Source of the DNA: Eledone cirrhosa | Taxonomy: Eukaryota | DNA length: 64,000 bases | Reading direction: 5' to 3' | NCBI GenBank assembly: GCA_964016885.1 | Contig: OZ024757.1 | Location: forward strand, 28,334,001-28,398,000 | In this document: positions 26,053 through 40,092 of the stretch, in pieces | Layout: every line of letters begins with the position of its first letter | Position numbering within the stretch: position 1 is the stretch's first letter | Notes under the pieces: model-generated | Told to the model about the DNA's origin: nothing | What the model saw: the letters and a program-made list of their open reading frames with translations, nothing else | Databases searched by the model: none | Position numbers and translations under genes: made by a program

Positions 26053-26682
26053 CTTGTCATTCTGGTTGGTGCCAGACATATTGACAACGACTTGCAAGAC
26101 TGCCAGTGTTCAGTGCAATCACATAGAACCTGGCGTCGATATTTCAGAATACCAGACACAGAGACTGGTGCTTCGCAAAACATTTTTCGATTAGAATTGG
26201 TTCCTCTTCACTCACATTGCTTCAATCTTTTTCTCTCTCTCTTCATTTTTATTTATTTATCTAGTTTCGTTCATATTTTGTTTGTTAGAGAGAAGGGGGG
26301 GGGGGTATTTTAGTTTGTTATTTTTGGTTGGTTATTTTAATCAAACAGAAATTATTATCTCTTTTCCTCTTCTTTCCTTTTATGTGTTGATTTGTGTGTT
26401 GTTGTTTTTTTGTATTTTTTTTAGGGTTTTTTTTTTGTGTTTGTTTTTGTTTTTGCGTGTTTCATTTGTCTTCTCATTTCGGGGCATTTGTTTCAACGTC
26501 TTTACTTACACACACACATACACACATATATATATGTACATATATATAAACACATATATATATATACATCTGTATATACATACATATATATATATATATA
26601 TATGGATAGATAGATACATGTATATGTACATTTATATATACATATATATATGTACATATATATATTGATATATATATATATC

Positions 26683-26759
<77 letters not shown>

Positions 26760-29189
26760 AATATTCATACTAATCTAATTAAATGTCAGTTCACATACAC
26801 ACACATACACACACACACACATATGCTAACATTTATTGTCTATACATCTGTATCTATCTATCTTTCTAGCTATGTAGCCATCCATTCACACAGCCATCTA
26901 TCCATTTATCTATCTATATTTATGCAAATGCAAACACAGATAAATATGTGTCCCCTTCCCCCACCACCATCTCTCTTTCCCTTACACACACACACACATA
27001 GACACACACACACACTCAGACATGTAGACAGACACACACAAATGCCATCAATCATATGAGAAGGCCATACGCCTGATTGGTCAAAGTATGGTTATTACCA
27101 ATAACCTCCTCCACCTTTTTCCATCTATTGTAAGAGAGAACCCCCCCCCCCCTCCTCTTATTTCCTTTCTTCCTTCCTCATTACTCCTGCTCCTCTTTAT
27201 ATATCTGATCTCCTCCTCCTCCTCCTCCTTCTTCTTTTTCTTCTTCTTCTTCTTCTTTTTTTTCTTCTTCTTCTTCTTCTTCTTCTTCTACGTCTTCTTC
27301 TTCTTCTTCTTCGTTTTCTTCTACGTCTTCTTCTTCGTTTTCTTCTTCTATGTCTTCTTCTTCTTCTTCTTCTTCTTCTTCACCAACACCACTAGTACCT
27401 AACCCCCCCCTTCTCTACCAGGAGTTACAAGTCCGTCATTACTGTGAAACCACCGAATCATTCTTTATCTCTTGTTACCTCTTCTCAGCCACACATCTCT
27501 TAGGTTACACTCACACATACATACATACATACATACATACATACGCACACGCACACATACACACAAACATACATATATACATATATGCATACATGCATAT
27601 TCATGCACAAAATCATAGACACAAACACACTAAGACACACACACTCATATTAAAACACATGCACACCAAAATGTATACACACATGTATACACACATGTAT
27701 ATACACTCACTGAATGTATATTTTTGCGCTCCATCTGTCAAATTTAACATACCTTCTACCACTCATTCCTGTGTCATTTCCTTCTCTTATCAAACAACCA
27801 TAAACACATACATACATACATACAAATATATATATATATATACACATATGTATATATATTCGTTTCTTATCATTATATATATATACACACATATATATAA
27901 ATAAACATATATATATATATACATACAATATATATATATATATAGAGAGAGACAGAGAGACACACACACACATATACATATATGTATGTATGAATGTATG
28001 ATCTTACCAATATGGCTGTATGTCACTGTGTCATCTCCCTCACTATAAACATGTATTATAACCCCACAACACCTAGTCTACATAGAACACCTCTTTCTCA
28101 CTCTCTAACTCTTCTTCCTTTCACTGTCCTGCAGCCTTTCCTTTCTCTTTGGTTCGATGTAAACAGATTCTAGATATTGTAAGGGTCCTTAACCACACGA
28201 GTTGGATGCATCTTCATAGACTGAATCAGTACTCAAGCTGGGCTGCTAAACTTCTAGAAGGCCTGGGGTCTGTATCTCACCTACATTTGGTCCGTGGCTC
28301 TACCAAGTGTATTTTATGACATTGAGTGCTCATTCCCATATTCACCAATACTGAATTGTACAAGAACAGAAAGCTGGATATGCTCCTCGCACAATGCTGC
28401 CAAAAGCTCTCAGTCTACCTTGTAAGGTGCTCATGATGGTGAAGGAGCTCCCAGCCCACCCTGTAAGGTGGTTGTGTTGGTGACTCAGTAAAAAGCACTC
28501 AATCCATACTGTAAATGTAGTTGGCATTAAGAAGGGCATCCAGCTGTAGAAATGAAAGCCAGAAATGTTTCTGTATGAGCAAGACACAGTCATCTGATTG
28601 AACTTGTCTCACAATGGGACAACTCGTCCAACTCATTCTAGCACGGTAAAATGATGATGATGATGATATATGCACACACATGCACTAGTGTAATTTGAGG
28701 AAGATTTCACTGCTATGTTTAGCATGTCAAGCCACTGCTCAGAGGCTCTGTCATTGGCTCTTGCTGTGTATGGAAATAAATATGTGGGTATTTTACTAAT
28801 TGTATTTTGGGATTTTGATTTAGTAGGGAAAGAGCTTACTAATAGCTGAAAGATCCTTTATTTTTAGTGATTAATCCCAGCCCCTTGATATCAAAGTAAT
28901 TTAGTCAATAGAAAGACAAATACCCTTAATACCAACTGATTTGGTAGATATTGGTTAGATAAAACCCTCAGATGACTAATTCCTGTGACAAGCTGTAAAG
29001 TTCTGAACAAAAGGGGTCATTTTGAAGGACTGCATTAATCTTCTTCCTTAACAAGAATTGGTAGGGTAGGAGTGTGTTTGTAGAATGGAATTAGTTTTTG
29101 TTATTGAGGTAACCAGACAACAGATTAACTAATCAAGCTATTTGTTGCACATGCATGGAGGAGGGGGTTTCTGTTTGGACCTCTGAAGG

Positions 29190-29484
29190 TTATGATGATG
29201 AATGTTCCAGTTGTTTGATCAACAGAACAGCCTGCTTATGAAATTAACTTGCAAGTGGCTGACCATTTCACAGACATGTGTAACCCTAATGTAGTTGTCA
29301 GGAAGATTCAGCATGACACGGTGTTTGACAAAGCTGACCCTTTGAATTTCAGGTGCAACTCATTTTTTTCCAGCTGAGTGGGCTTGAGCAATGTGAAATG
29401 AGATAACACACTGCCTGGTCAGAGAATCAAACACAAATGTTCAGCTGTGACCCTGATACCCTAACCACAAAGCTATGCACCTTC
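29190..29484 (-). mobile_element. SINE family C, diverged
   Basis: Aligns by eye with the 11270 copy. Confidence 0.65.
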
Positions 29485-29640
29485 ATACCAAACTAGATAT
29501 GCACACTGTGACAACAGTGTATTTGTAATTCGGTGTATCTCAAGAGTGAAGAGGGGGGTCATATTTTACAACTGGTCTGAACCTGTAACTATTTTTGATG
29601 CCTACATTTCACAAATTGCCTGGAACTATTACCAGCTTGG

Positions 29641-29965
29641 GGACCTATATTTTACATCTGGTCTAGGCCTACTGTTAGTTTTGTGGCCTTATTTTACATC
29701 TGGCCTCAGCTTATTACTAGCTTTGTGGCCTATATTTTACATCTGGCCTTAGTTTATTACTAGCTTTGTGGCCTATATCTTACATATGGCCTCAGCTTAT
29801 TACTAGCTCTGAAGCCTATATTTTACATCTGGCCTCAACTTATTACTAGCTTTGTGGCCTATATCTTACATCTGGCCTCAACTTATTACTAGCTCTGAAG
29901 CCTATAATTTACATCTGGCCTCAACTTATTCCTAGCTTTGTGGTCAACATTTTACATCTGGTCTT
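29641..29965. repeat. 43-bp minisatellite, about 7.5 copies
   Basis: Unit GGCCTATATTTTACATCTGGCCTCAGCTTATTACTAGCTTTGT, with the TTTACATC motif spaced 42-43 bp apart. Confidence 0.92.
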
Positions 29966-31027
29966 GGTGAATTATCAGGTTTATACATATACAGACAGGC
30001 TGAGCTGAGCATTGTGTGAGTTGACTAAGAGGGCTTAAGGGATAGACAGAGAAAGGGGGATAGCAAGAGAAAGAGAGAGAGAGAGTTGGTATGTGTGTGT
30101 TAGCAGGTAATTAAGAGCCAGTAATCACTGTATACAAAAGTCATTCATGTGAAGCCGCCATTCTACAGGGAACACAATAAGGGACTGTAATTGCCAAATA
30201 ATTATCTACCACACAGTTTATAGGGTTTGTTAGGGTTTTTTTAAGGGAGAAGGGAGACAAGTGTAGGGTTGGAGTCTTTTGGCTTCCACACACTGTCACA
30301 TCTACTCTCTTTGTCTCTCACTCTCGCTCTATATATGTGTCCTTTCTCTTTTTGTCTCTTAGTCACCCCTCCTTTTCTTTCATTCACATTTTGTCTCTCC
30401 ATGTCTCCCCATTCTCTCACTCTCTTTATCTCTCTGCCTCTTCCTCTCATTCACTCTCCATGTTTCCTCTCTCTCTTTGTCTCTATAGAGTTTCTCCTTT
30501 CTGTCTCTCCATGTCCCTCTGTTTTTTGTCTCTCAATATCTCTTCCCTTCTCTCACACTTTCTTTGCCTCCGTATCTCCCTCACGTTCCCCCCCCCTCTC
30601 TCTCTCTCTACCACCACCACTACCTCCAAACAACAACAACCACCAGACAGATGGCAGACTTCATCAATCTGTCATTTGATTAATTTGCTGGGATTTCTTT
30701 GAAAAGGCTTTATTACTGTGTGTGTATATATGTGTGCATGTATTTGTGTTTGTGTGTGTATTTCTGCATGTATTTCTATGTATATGTATGTGTTTGCATT
30801 TGTGCATGTATATTTGTGTATGTGTTTGTGTGTGTATGTGTATGTATGTGTGTGTGTGTAGGTGAGTGTACATTTGTCTATGGGTTTTGGTGTGTGTGTC
30901 ATTGTCTACATATGTATACATGCATGAACCTATGAACATATGTGCCTGTGTATTAGGGAAAGAAAACAGAAGGTGCAGTTATGTCAGTGTCTGTGCATGT
31001 ATGCATATATGTATGCATATATGTATG

Positions 31028-31371
31028 TCATCATCATCATCATTCCATTTTATGTCCGCTTTTTCTCTGCTTGCAAGGGTGGGACGGGAACTGATTCTGG
31101 CTTGATTTCTACAGCTGGATGCCCTTCCTAACACCAACCTCATTTACAGTGAGTGCTGGGTGCTTTTTTGCCGTGGCACCTCCACGACCACTTTGCAGTG
31201 GAATGATATGGACCCCAGTCTCTATCATCTCATTTCTACAGCTGAGTAAACTGGAGCAATGTGAAATAAAGTGTCTTGCTCAAGGAAACAACACATCACT
31301 CGGTCTGAGAATTGAACTCACAACCTTTCGATTGCAAGGCCAATGCTCTAACCACTAAGCCATGTGCCTCC
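31028..31371 (-). mobile_element. SINE family B, full length
   Basis: Near-identical reverse complement of the 45271 copy. Confidence 0.88.
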
Positions 31372-31877
31372 ATTATGTATATATATATTTTGTATTTGTA
31401 TGTATGTATATATGTATGTATGTATGTGTATATTCAAGGGTGCATCATCATCATCTAACATCTGTTATACATACACATATACACTCTCAAATATGTATGG
31501 TATTGTGTGGTCAAGTATCTCCTAAGGGAGTCGTAGATGCGCCTTGGAGGTATACAGTGTTTCTTGGACGTTGTAAACCTGGCAGAGCCCATCCTCTAAA
31601 CATAGCAAAATTCCTTGAGAGAATGACAATGAGAGAGACGAAGGGAGAAAGAGATATAGTGGAAGCATCGACCCCAGTATTAGACTGGTACTTTTTTTAT
31701 TGACCTTGAAAGGATGAAAGGCAAAGTTGACCTTGGTGGAATTTGGACTCAGAGAACAGAGAGCCAGAACAAATATCTCAAAGCACTATATCTGATATCT
31801 ACTGAATCTGCCAATTTGCCACCCTATCATGTGTATACAAACATGTGTATATATATATCATTATTATTATCATTATC

Positions 31878-32063
31878 GGGCGGTGGATTGGCAGTATCAG
31901 TAGAGGGTCGGACGCCATGCTTTCCAGCATAGTTACGTCCCTTTACGATCTGAGTTCAAATCCCGCCGAGGTTGACGTTGCCTTTCATCGTTACGGGGTC
32001 GATAAAATAAAGTACCAGTAATGCACTGGGTAATTGCTGGCCTTGTGCCAAAAAGTAGAAACA
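31878..32063 (+). mobile_element. SINE family A, full length with TSD
   Basis: Near-identical to the 13526 copy; 18-bp TSD ATTATTATTATCATTATC at 31860-31877 and 32064-32081. Confidence 0.9.
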
Positions 32064-32678
32064 ATTATTATTATCATTATCATTATCACCGTTTTTACAT
32101 CCATTTTTCCATGCTAGCATGGGTTAGACGAGTTGTCCTATTGTGGACAATGCCAGGTCAGGTGACCATGTCTTGCTCATACAGAACTCATACATATATA
32201 TATGTGTGTGTGTATATATATATGTATACATACATACATATACACCCACACACACAGATATATATTCATATATATAGTGTAGTGTATATATGTGTACATA
32301 TTTATGAATATGTATATGTATGTGTATATATTTGTGTGTATGTATATGTGTATACATACGTGTGTCTTTATGTGTGTATTATGTTTGCAAATATTTGCCC
32401 AATGATTTAGATGTTTACTTTGCGTTTACTACAAATATATTTATGTATACATATGTATGTGTGTTTATGTAAATATGTGAACTGTAGGTTTAAGTATATT
32501 TGTACAACACTTATGTATATGTGTTGTACTGTTTGTACAAGCAGTAATGTTTGACATACAATGTGCGTGTATGTTTGTGTATGTGTATAGTAGAGAGGCT
32601 GTGTATAATCTAACCGTTCACACTTAAGAAACAAGAAAATGTTATATCATCTTTCAACTAACAGTAGATCAGAGTATT

Positions 32679-32890
32679 TTAACTCTTTACCATTTACATT
32701 ACTCTATATTTACGATTGTATTTTCATGTTAAAGCCTTTACCTCACATACTTATCTCACATAATATCGAATCTATGAGATTTTGATATTTATTTTAACAT
32801 AAGTATGAGCAGCTAGTTACAGCCAGTTTGAACAGAAAGAGGTGAGAAAATTCTGGCTGGATACAGCCAGTTTAAATGCTAAAGGGTTAA
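32679..32890 (+). mobile_element. piggyBac-type MITE, copy 4
   Basis: TTAA at both ends, same body. Confidence 0.85.
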
Positions 32891-33499
32891 TGTAGACGTG
32901 TGTGTGTATACTAGTATGTACGTGTGCAAGAGTGTGTGTTTTTGTGTATGATAGAATGTGTATGTATGCATATGTCTAGTAGACAAGTAGTACATGCTTT
33001 AATGCTGTAGCTTGTATGTGTATATGAGTGTGTGTATATTGTGCTAGTTATACAATAATACAAACCTAAAAGCAGAGAAACACTTTCTTTGTTATATATA
33101 TATGATGGCTGCCGCCTCGTTATCGAGTATGGCCATTGCACGATATACCATTATTAATAATTATCAATTAATTCTATTGTGCAATGCCTGTGCGTGAAGA
33201 TATTTTTTAAAGTGAGGAAAGACTGTGTACTGAGCCAATCCCACTCTCTGAGCGACAGTAGCTATAACCCGAAAAGAAGAAAAGGTCAACATCATCGGTA
33301 ACTACTGAGCCGCAGGTTTTATATCGGAGTTATCCGAGTTTCCTGAGTTGCCTTCTAGAAGAATGCCCTGACAAAGGCTAGGGTTCTTCACTCCCAGTGG
33401 TTTAACCACGCAGTACATGTGTATATACATATTTACACACTTTTGGATGGCCGTTGACTCTTATGAGTTCTTCCACCTTTTGTCAGGTTTTGTTTTTTG

Positions 33500-33619
33500 T
33501 CCTGCAGGGTGTCCAAAATCACCCTCCTCACCAAGTAAACTTGGTGGGGTTGCCAGTTTAGTCAGCAACCCTACCAAGCTCGCTTGGTGAGAGGGGTGAT
33601 ATTTGGACAACCTGCGGGA
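33500..33619. repeat. Imperfect GC-rich inverted repeat with a one-sided extension
   Basis: Arms 33500-33553 / 33565-33619; each arm holds an internal ACCAAG...CTTGGT hairpin. Confidence 0.85.
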
Positions 33620-33625
33620 TGAAAT

Positions 33626-33659
<34 letters not shown>

Positions 33660-33812
33660 GATATATATATGTATGTATATATACATGTGTGTGTGTGTAT
33701 ATATATATATAGATATACACGCACAGCTAATACCTACCATTGCTAGCAGGGAAAGCTTATGTTAAACAATGATCATATAAGTGTGTGTGTGAAAAATATC
33801 CTCTAGATTATG

Positions 33813-33894
<82 letters not shown>

Positions 33895-33916
33895 CATAGA
33901 TAGATAGAAGAAAAAA

Positions 33917-33963
<47 letters not shown>

Positions 33964-34289
33964 CATACATACATAGATAGAGGAAAAAATGAGAGAGAGA
34001 AAAAAAGAGCAACAAATTATCACTTCCTGTAGTATAATAGACATTCTTTGAACTCCCTCCTGAATTGATTTGTCTGCTCTGCAAATATATAAATATAGAG
34101 ATAAATAGATAAATAAATAAATAATAAAAGACAATATTGACTGTGCATGAGAAAAAAATAGCATGAATGGAAATAGAATATATGTATGTATGTATATTTT
34201 TTAAATAAAGTACTTTTTCTTTTCACATAAATACATCAAAATTGGTGTATTATTACTTTCATAATCATAATAATAATAATGGTGGTGAT

Positions 34290-35512
34290 GGTTTCTAATT
34301 TAGGCACAGGGACAGCAAATTTAAATGGGGGGAGAGATAAGTTGAATATATCGACCCGTCCCCTCTCCACAGTACTTGACTGGTACTAAATTTTATCAAC
34401 TCTGAAATGTTGAAGAGCAAAGTTGACCTCAAAATGATTTGAACTAAAATTCTAATGGTTTTTAATTTTGGCACAAGGCCAGTAATTAAATAGACCTCCT
34501 TCCCCAGTACTTTACTGGTACTCTATTTTTTCAACCTCAGAAGTACCTAGGGTGATTTAGCCCTTTTGCATTTAAATTGGCCATATCAGTCCAGAATTCT
34601 CTTACCTCTTTCTGTTCAAACCGGCCATAGCTGGCCCCTTTTACGACTTTAAGGTAATGTTCTCAAATTAAATAATATCAAAATCTCATAGATTCAATAT
34701 TATGTAAGATAATTACCATGAAAATATAATATTAAATACAATATTATATATAGAGTAATGTAAAATGCTAAAGGGTTAACCAACATTCCCATTAAAATTG
34801 CTTGCCTTGTGCCTATATTAAAAACATTATTATTCAATTTCTTCCTTTGCCTTTCATCCTTACTGGGTCGATAAGATAAAGTACCAGTAATACACAGGGA
34901 TAATTGCTGGCCTAGTGCCAAAAGTAGAAACAATTATTATTCAATTTCTTCAAGTTTTTCTTATGTCTATTATTATGTTGAGAGTATTAGTCATAAAAAA
35001 ATGTCCTTCCTTTGCTTATGTTTCAAGATTTGAGCTGTTCCTAAAATTCCATCTTCCACAATGATGGATCAGCAGAATTGTTAGAACAATGAATAAAATG
35101 CTATGCTGTATTCAGTTCAGCTATTTACATCTTAAGTTCAAATCCCACCGAGATCAACTTTGCTTTTCATCCTTCCTAGGTTTGATAAATTATAGTACCA
35201 GTAACATACTAGGGTTGATTTAATAAACTTTCCCCTTCCCACAAATTGCCAACCCCATGTCTAAATTAGAAATCATTATTTAAAAGGGTGGTGGATTGGC
35301 AAAATTGTTAATGTGTCAGTTGAAATACAATATATTTTATTACAGACTTCTATGTTCTGATTATAAATCCTTATGAGGTCAATTTTGCCTTTTATTCTTC
35401 GGGGGAATGGGGGTGATTTTGATGAACTAAAGTACCAGTCAAGTACTAGGATAAATTTGATCTACTTTCCCCTCCCCTCGTATTGCTTGCCTTGGGCATA
35501 AATTAGAAACTA
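34290..35512. mobile_element. Cluster of SINE family A copies and fragments on both strands around MITE copy 5
   Basis: Cores at ~34290-34450 (-), 34455-34545 (-), 34845-34940 (+), 35060-35280 (+) and 35286-35510 (+). Confidence 0.75.
34557..34779 (-). mobile_element. piggyBac-type MITE, copy 5 (opposite orientation)
   Basis: Reverse complement of the same body, ending ATGCTAAAGGGTTAA. Confidence 0.8.
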
Positions 35513-35515
35513 AAA

Positions 35516-35662
35516 TTCCCTTCTCCTGAAGACATTCTGTAAAGATCTCACTCCTGAATTTCACAATCAACTGTTCTTATTTTTGCTGTTACTGTCCCTG
35601 CAATGTAACCATGACAATTACTGGTATGATTACAATGTTTTTCATGACCCATATTTTGTTGA
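35516..35662 (-). mobile_element. Degenerate REL-domain LINE fragment (R4/Dong-like)
   Basis: Minus strand reads KIWVMKNIVIIPVIV, resembling the WxMKxxxIPIIIG motif of the 37000 element; frameshifted. Confidence 0.4.
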
Positions 35663-36543
35663 ACCCTCCTTTTGGGGTTTTTCTAACTGCTCAATCTTTC
35701 CCTTCACACCTACTCTGTTATTGTTATCCCCTTGTGATACTACATCAATCATCTAGCTCAGTCTTTTCCATTTTTTTTTCAATAATAACAATAGCTCAGG
35801 GTTGGTGTAGTGTGGTAGGTGTCACATCCCTCTTCTTGGCTCTCAAGTGTGGGTTGGGGTTGGGGAAGACAATGTGCTGTTTTTCCTTCTTATAGGTCCT
35901 GTTTTGCTTTTTCTCCCTGACTAAACCTTTTATTAAAAATGCTTTAACACATTAGTTACCATATTACTAATGAAAAACACTGCCTAGTAATTTTGAAAAT
36001 AAAGAATTTGGAAGTTAAGTAATATTTGCTTCCTTTGCTCAGTCTCTCTCCTACTTTTTCTCTCTCTCCTGCTCTCTCTCCTCCTCTTTCTCTCTCTCTA
36101 TCTCTTCTTCTCCCCTATCTCTCGTGCTCTTTCACTATACACTGTCTTGTAATGTGTACTTAGCATTCCCATAGTTACTGATAAACATGAATGAACACAA
36201 AGCATTACATACTTCAAGATGCATGTGCCCTCTCTCTCTTTTATACACATACAACACATATTCATACACAGTCACTCACAAATACAGTCACATGCAAACA
36301 CAAAATCACATATACACATACACACACACACATTGATACAGACATAGGTATGTCTTGTCAGGGTTTTACAGGCATATTATCCTCTCTACATAGGAGCTGT
36401 GTCACTCAAAACAACCAATAAGCAAAGATTATTGGATTAAGTATACAGATAATCTGTTTATTCTTTCCACATCTTTCTAATCGGGCAATACACATAAATA
36501 CAAATATTATATACATATATATGTGTGTCTGTCTGTGTGTATG

Positions 36544-36575
<32 letters not shown>

Positions 36576-36599
36576 TGCATATATGTATATATATATCTA

Positions 36600-36721
<122 letters not shown>

Positions 36722-36999
36722 AATATGTACACAGCACACCATTTTTCATTCATATATATGTATATATATGTATATATATATGTATGAATATATATCTATA
36801 TGTATACAAATATACAAATGCAGAGAGAAATCTGCTAATAGTGTTTATATAAATAATCATGATACACATTATGAAAGGATCAGTAAAAACCCCAATCTAT
36901 TTACTCAATACAATCTTCCACTAAAGCTTCTCATCGCATAACGATGTGTAATAGGGTAATTGTATAAAGAAGTCAAAAACCTATTAATATTATCATTAT

Positions 37000-37560
37000 T
37001 ATTTACATTATTATTTTTATTGCGCATCATTACTGCATTACCGAGCAAAGCTCTGTGTGCCTAGGGTATGAGCAGTGTAGTTTCTATTGTATTGATAGTA
37101 CTTTTCGTAATATGTGTGCACTGCCTAGTAGTGCTATTTTTTGTAAGCTGTGTATATTTGTAAGTCCTGGGATATTGGCTATGTATTTGTCTGTGTGTTT
37201 TCTTATCATTCCCAGAGTACCTATTATTATAGGTATTGTTTCTGTTTTCATTTTCTGCATCCAAGTTATTTCTATCTCTACATCTTTATATTTGGAGAAT
37301 TTCTCCATTTGCTTGGAAGATATATTGTCATCTGTGGGGATTGATACATCTATTAGAAGGCATTTGTTTTCTTTGTGGTATTTGACTATAATATCTGGTT
37401 GGTTGGCTTTGATCTCTGTCTGTATATATTGACATATCCCAGAGAGTAGTTGCTTTGTCATTCTCTGACACTTTTTCTCGTGTGTGTTTGTACATCTTTT
37501 TTCTGTTGGTATTTCATAATGCTGGCATAACTTCCAGTGTATGAAGGTTCCAACTCTATT
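37000..37560 (-). mobile_element. 5'-truncated R4/Dong-like LINE 3' end (restriction-like endonuclease domain), frameshifted
   Basis: Reads NRVGTFIHWKLC, then IKANQPDIIV...CLLIDVSIP...EKFSKYKD...TIPIIIGTLG...LQKIALLGSAHILRKVL*, followed by a (TAA)n-rich tail. Confidence 0.85.
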
Positions 37561-37571
37561 ATTTACTATTG

Positions 37572-37715
37572 GAGGTTAAGCTTTGCCTTTCATCCTTACG
37601 GGGCCAATAAAATAAAGTACCAGTCATGCATTGGAGTTGATTTAATCGACTTTCCACTCCCCCAAAATTGCTGACCTTGTGCCTATATAAGAAATGATTA
37701 TTATTATTATTATTA
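37572..37715 (+). mobile_element. SINE family A, 5'-truncated
   Basis: Core plus tail ending in (ATT)n. Confidence 0.8.
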
Positions 37716-37796
37716 TTGTGTATTTCATGAAAGATGGGTGAGATTGGCAAGATTGACGAGGCTAAATTGGCCTACGCTAACGATGCTTTATATATA

Positions 37797-37866
37797 TACA
37801 GTCCAAAAAAATGTATACATACTTCAACAACATTCTAATAATATACATTTTTTGGGACACCCTATA
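37797..37866 (+). mobile_element. Tc1/mariner-type MITE copy
   Basis: Same internal motif and right TIR TTTTGGGACACCCT. Confidence 0.7.
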
Positions 37867-38233
37867 TATATATATATATATATACATATATACATGTATA
37901 TATACATGTATACACGCACACACATATATATCAGACTTGATTAAATTTGGCTTCATCAGGGCTGATCAAAGATCCTACACATCATCAACTAGGTTGATTA
38001 TATCTATTGACCAGCTCAGAACCAACCCATTGCTACGTGTGGCAGATATAAAGATATGAACTTATGACCCACTACCCAGCAGCCTGATACCTTATACACT
38101 TGGCTATTTCTATGGAAATCCACCTTGGATGGACACTGGCTTGGAAAGTAATAGCTCATGTTCGTTGAAACTCTAGTCTACAGATATACATATATGCAGT
38201 ATTGCTTAGCATTTATTTACATATTTATGTGTT

Positions 38234-38277
<44 letters not shown>

Positions 38278-38294
38278 TGTATGTACATATTTAT

Positions 38295-38369
<75 letters not shown>

Positions 38370-39339
38370 AACATATTCATATTTATATATTCATCTGTAT
38401 CTTCTATGAGTTCATTGGTTTGATTGTTTGTTGCTTGGTTTCCCTCACCCCACTCAGTCCGAGCCCCCTACCTTGCTGGCCAGTGATGAAGTTGATTCAA
38501 GACAAGGGTGGAGTAGGGTAAGAGATAGACACTCCCCACCCACCCTGAATTATAGAAGATAGGGAGGGAGAGAGATAGGGTGTGATGAAAACAGCAAGAA
38601 TATGGAGGTTGAGGAGGAACTGAAGTCTAGTGAGCAAGACATAGTCATGGTAGTGGTGGTTGGTTGGGCCAGGAGGTAGTAGTGGTGGTGATGGGGGAGG
38701 AGGTCCTGACCAAGCCTCTGGAGAAAGTCACCTCTCTCCTTATTAAAAGACAAACATGATGTTCATTTGGGTCTTGTTTTTGGTAAATAATGGGATGTGA
38801 CATGTGATAGAGGTTAGAGGTTGAGCTATGAAGGGACATAGAAGATATTTATATATATATATGCATATGTATATATACACATACATACACACACACACAC
38901 ACGTATATATTTATTATATACATATACACACACATATATATATATATATACATATATATATACATATTATATATATATACATATATACATATACACACAC
39001 ATATATATATATATATATACATATATATTATATATACATATATATATATGTGTGTGTGTGTGTGTGATTGCTAACCTGAAAAGCAGTGTTAAATGATGCT
39101 GATATGTAGTGTTATAATTGGTGTTATCGATGATGATGATTCTTTTGTTTTTCTGGGAGAAATTAGACAAACACCTTCCTGCCATCACTACCACTACGAC
39201 TACAACCACAACCACCACTGCCACCAGCACCGCAACTACCACTACAACCATAACCAACCACCACTACAACCATAACCACCACTACAACCATCACCACCAC
39301 TACAACCATCACCAACATAACCATCATCACCACCACTGC

Positions 39340-39525
39340 CACCAACACCACAACCATCATAACCACAACTACCACTACAACCATCACCAGCACCACAACC
39401 ATCATAACCACAACTACCACTACAACCATCACCAGCACCACAACCATCATAACCACAACTACCACTACAACCATCACCAGCACCACAACCATCATAACCA
39501 CAACTACCACTACAACCATCACCAC
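39340..39525. repeat. 45-bp tandem repeat within an (ACC/ACA)n tract
   Basis: CACCACAACCATCATAACCACAACTACCACTACAACCATCACCAG repeated about 4 times. Confidence 0.85.
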
Positions 39526-39623
39526 TACTGCCACCAGGACCATCACAAACACCAAGACTAGTGCTATCTCTAGGACCACTGTCACCACAACCACCACCAC
39601 TTCCACCACACCCTGAATGTTTT

Positions 39624-39690
<67 letters not shown>

Positions 39691-40002
39691 ATCCTTCTCC
39701 ACATAAAGTCCCCCTGTGCAGCAGTAGCAGGACAGTAGAGAGGGGTGTCTTATAAAATCTTCACCCTCCCTCTCTCCTCAACTTTCACTCTCACTACCAC
39801 CACACAGCCACACTGGGAGGCAGAGAATAGGTGGTAGGGGTGTATGGGGGTGGCTATTTGCAGTTATGTTTATTTTTATGCAGAAAGGTTCAAGGAAATG
39901 GGGGAGGGAGGAGGCCCATGGATTTATGGTGGCAGTCCATCATAATACACACACACACATATGTATGTATGTACGTATATATATATACACACGATTGGAA
40001 GG

Positions 40003-40038
<36 letters not shown>

Positions 40039-40052
40039 CTATAAAGGAGATG

Positions 40053-40092
<40 letters not shown>

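Noticed and set aside
25141-26194. 259-aa Thr-rich mucin-like ORF and 318-aa Val-rich antisense ORF
   Set aside because: Both arise from an (ACA/ACC) minisatellite. There is no signal peptide or convincing splice context, and the donor after MSGTNQNDK on the minus strand (AAG|GTTGTT) is weak.
37935-37965. CTGATGAAGCC on the minus strand as a hammerhead
   Set aside because: No stem II partner or GAAA before the sequence runs into (TA)n.
39118-39702. His-rich and Gly/Cys-rich repeat ORFs resembling beak or keratin-associated proteins
   Set aside because: A trinucleotide-derived 45-bp tandem repeat that is open in several frames on both strands and has no non-repetitive coding context.
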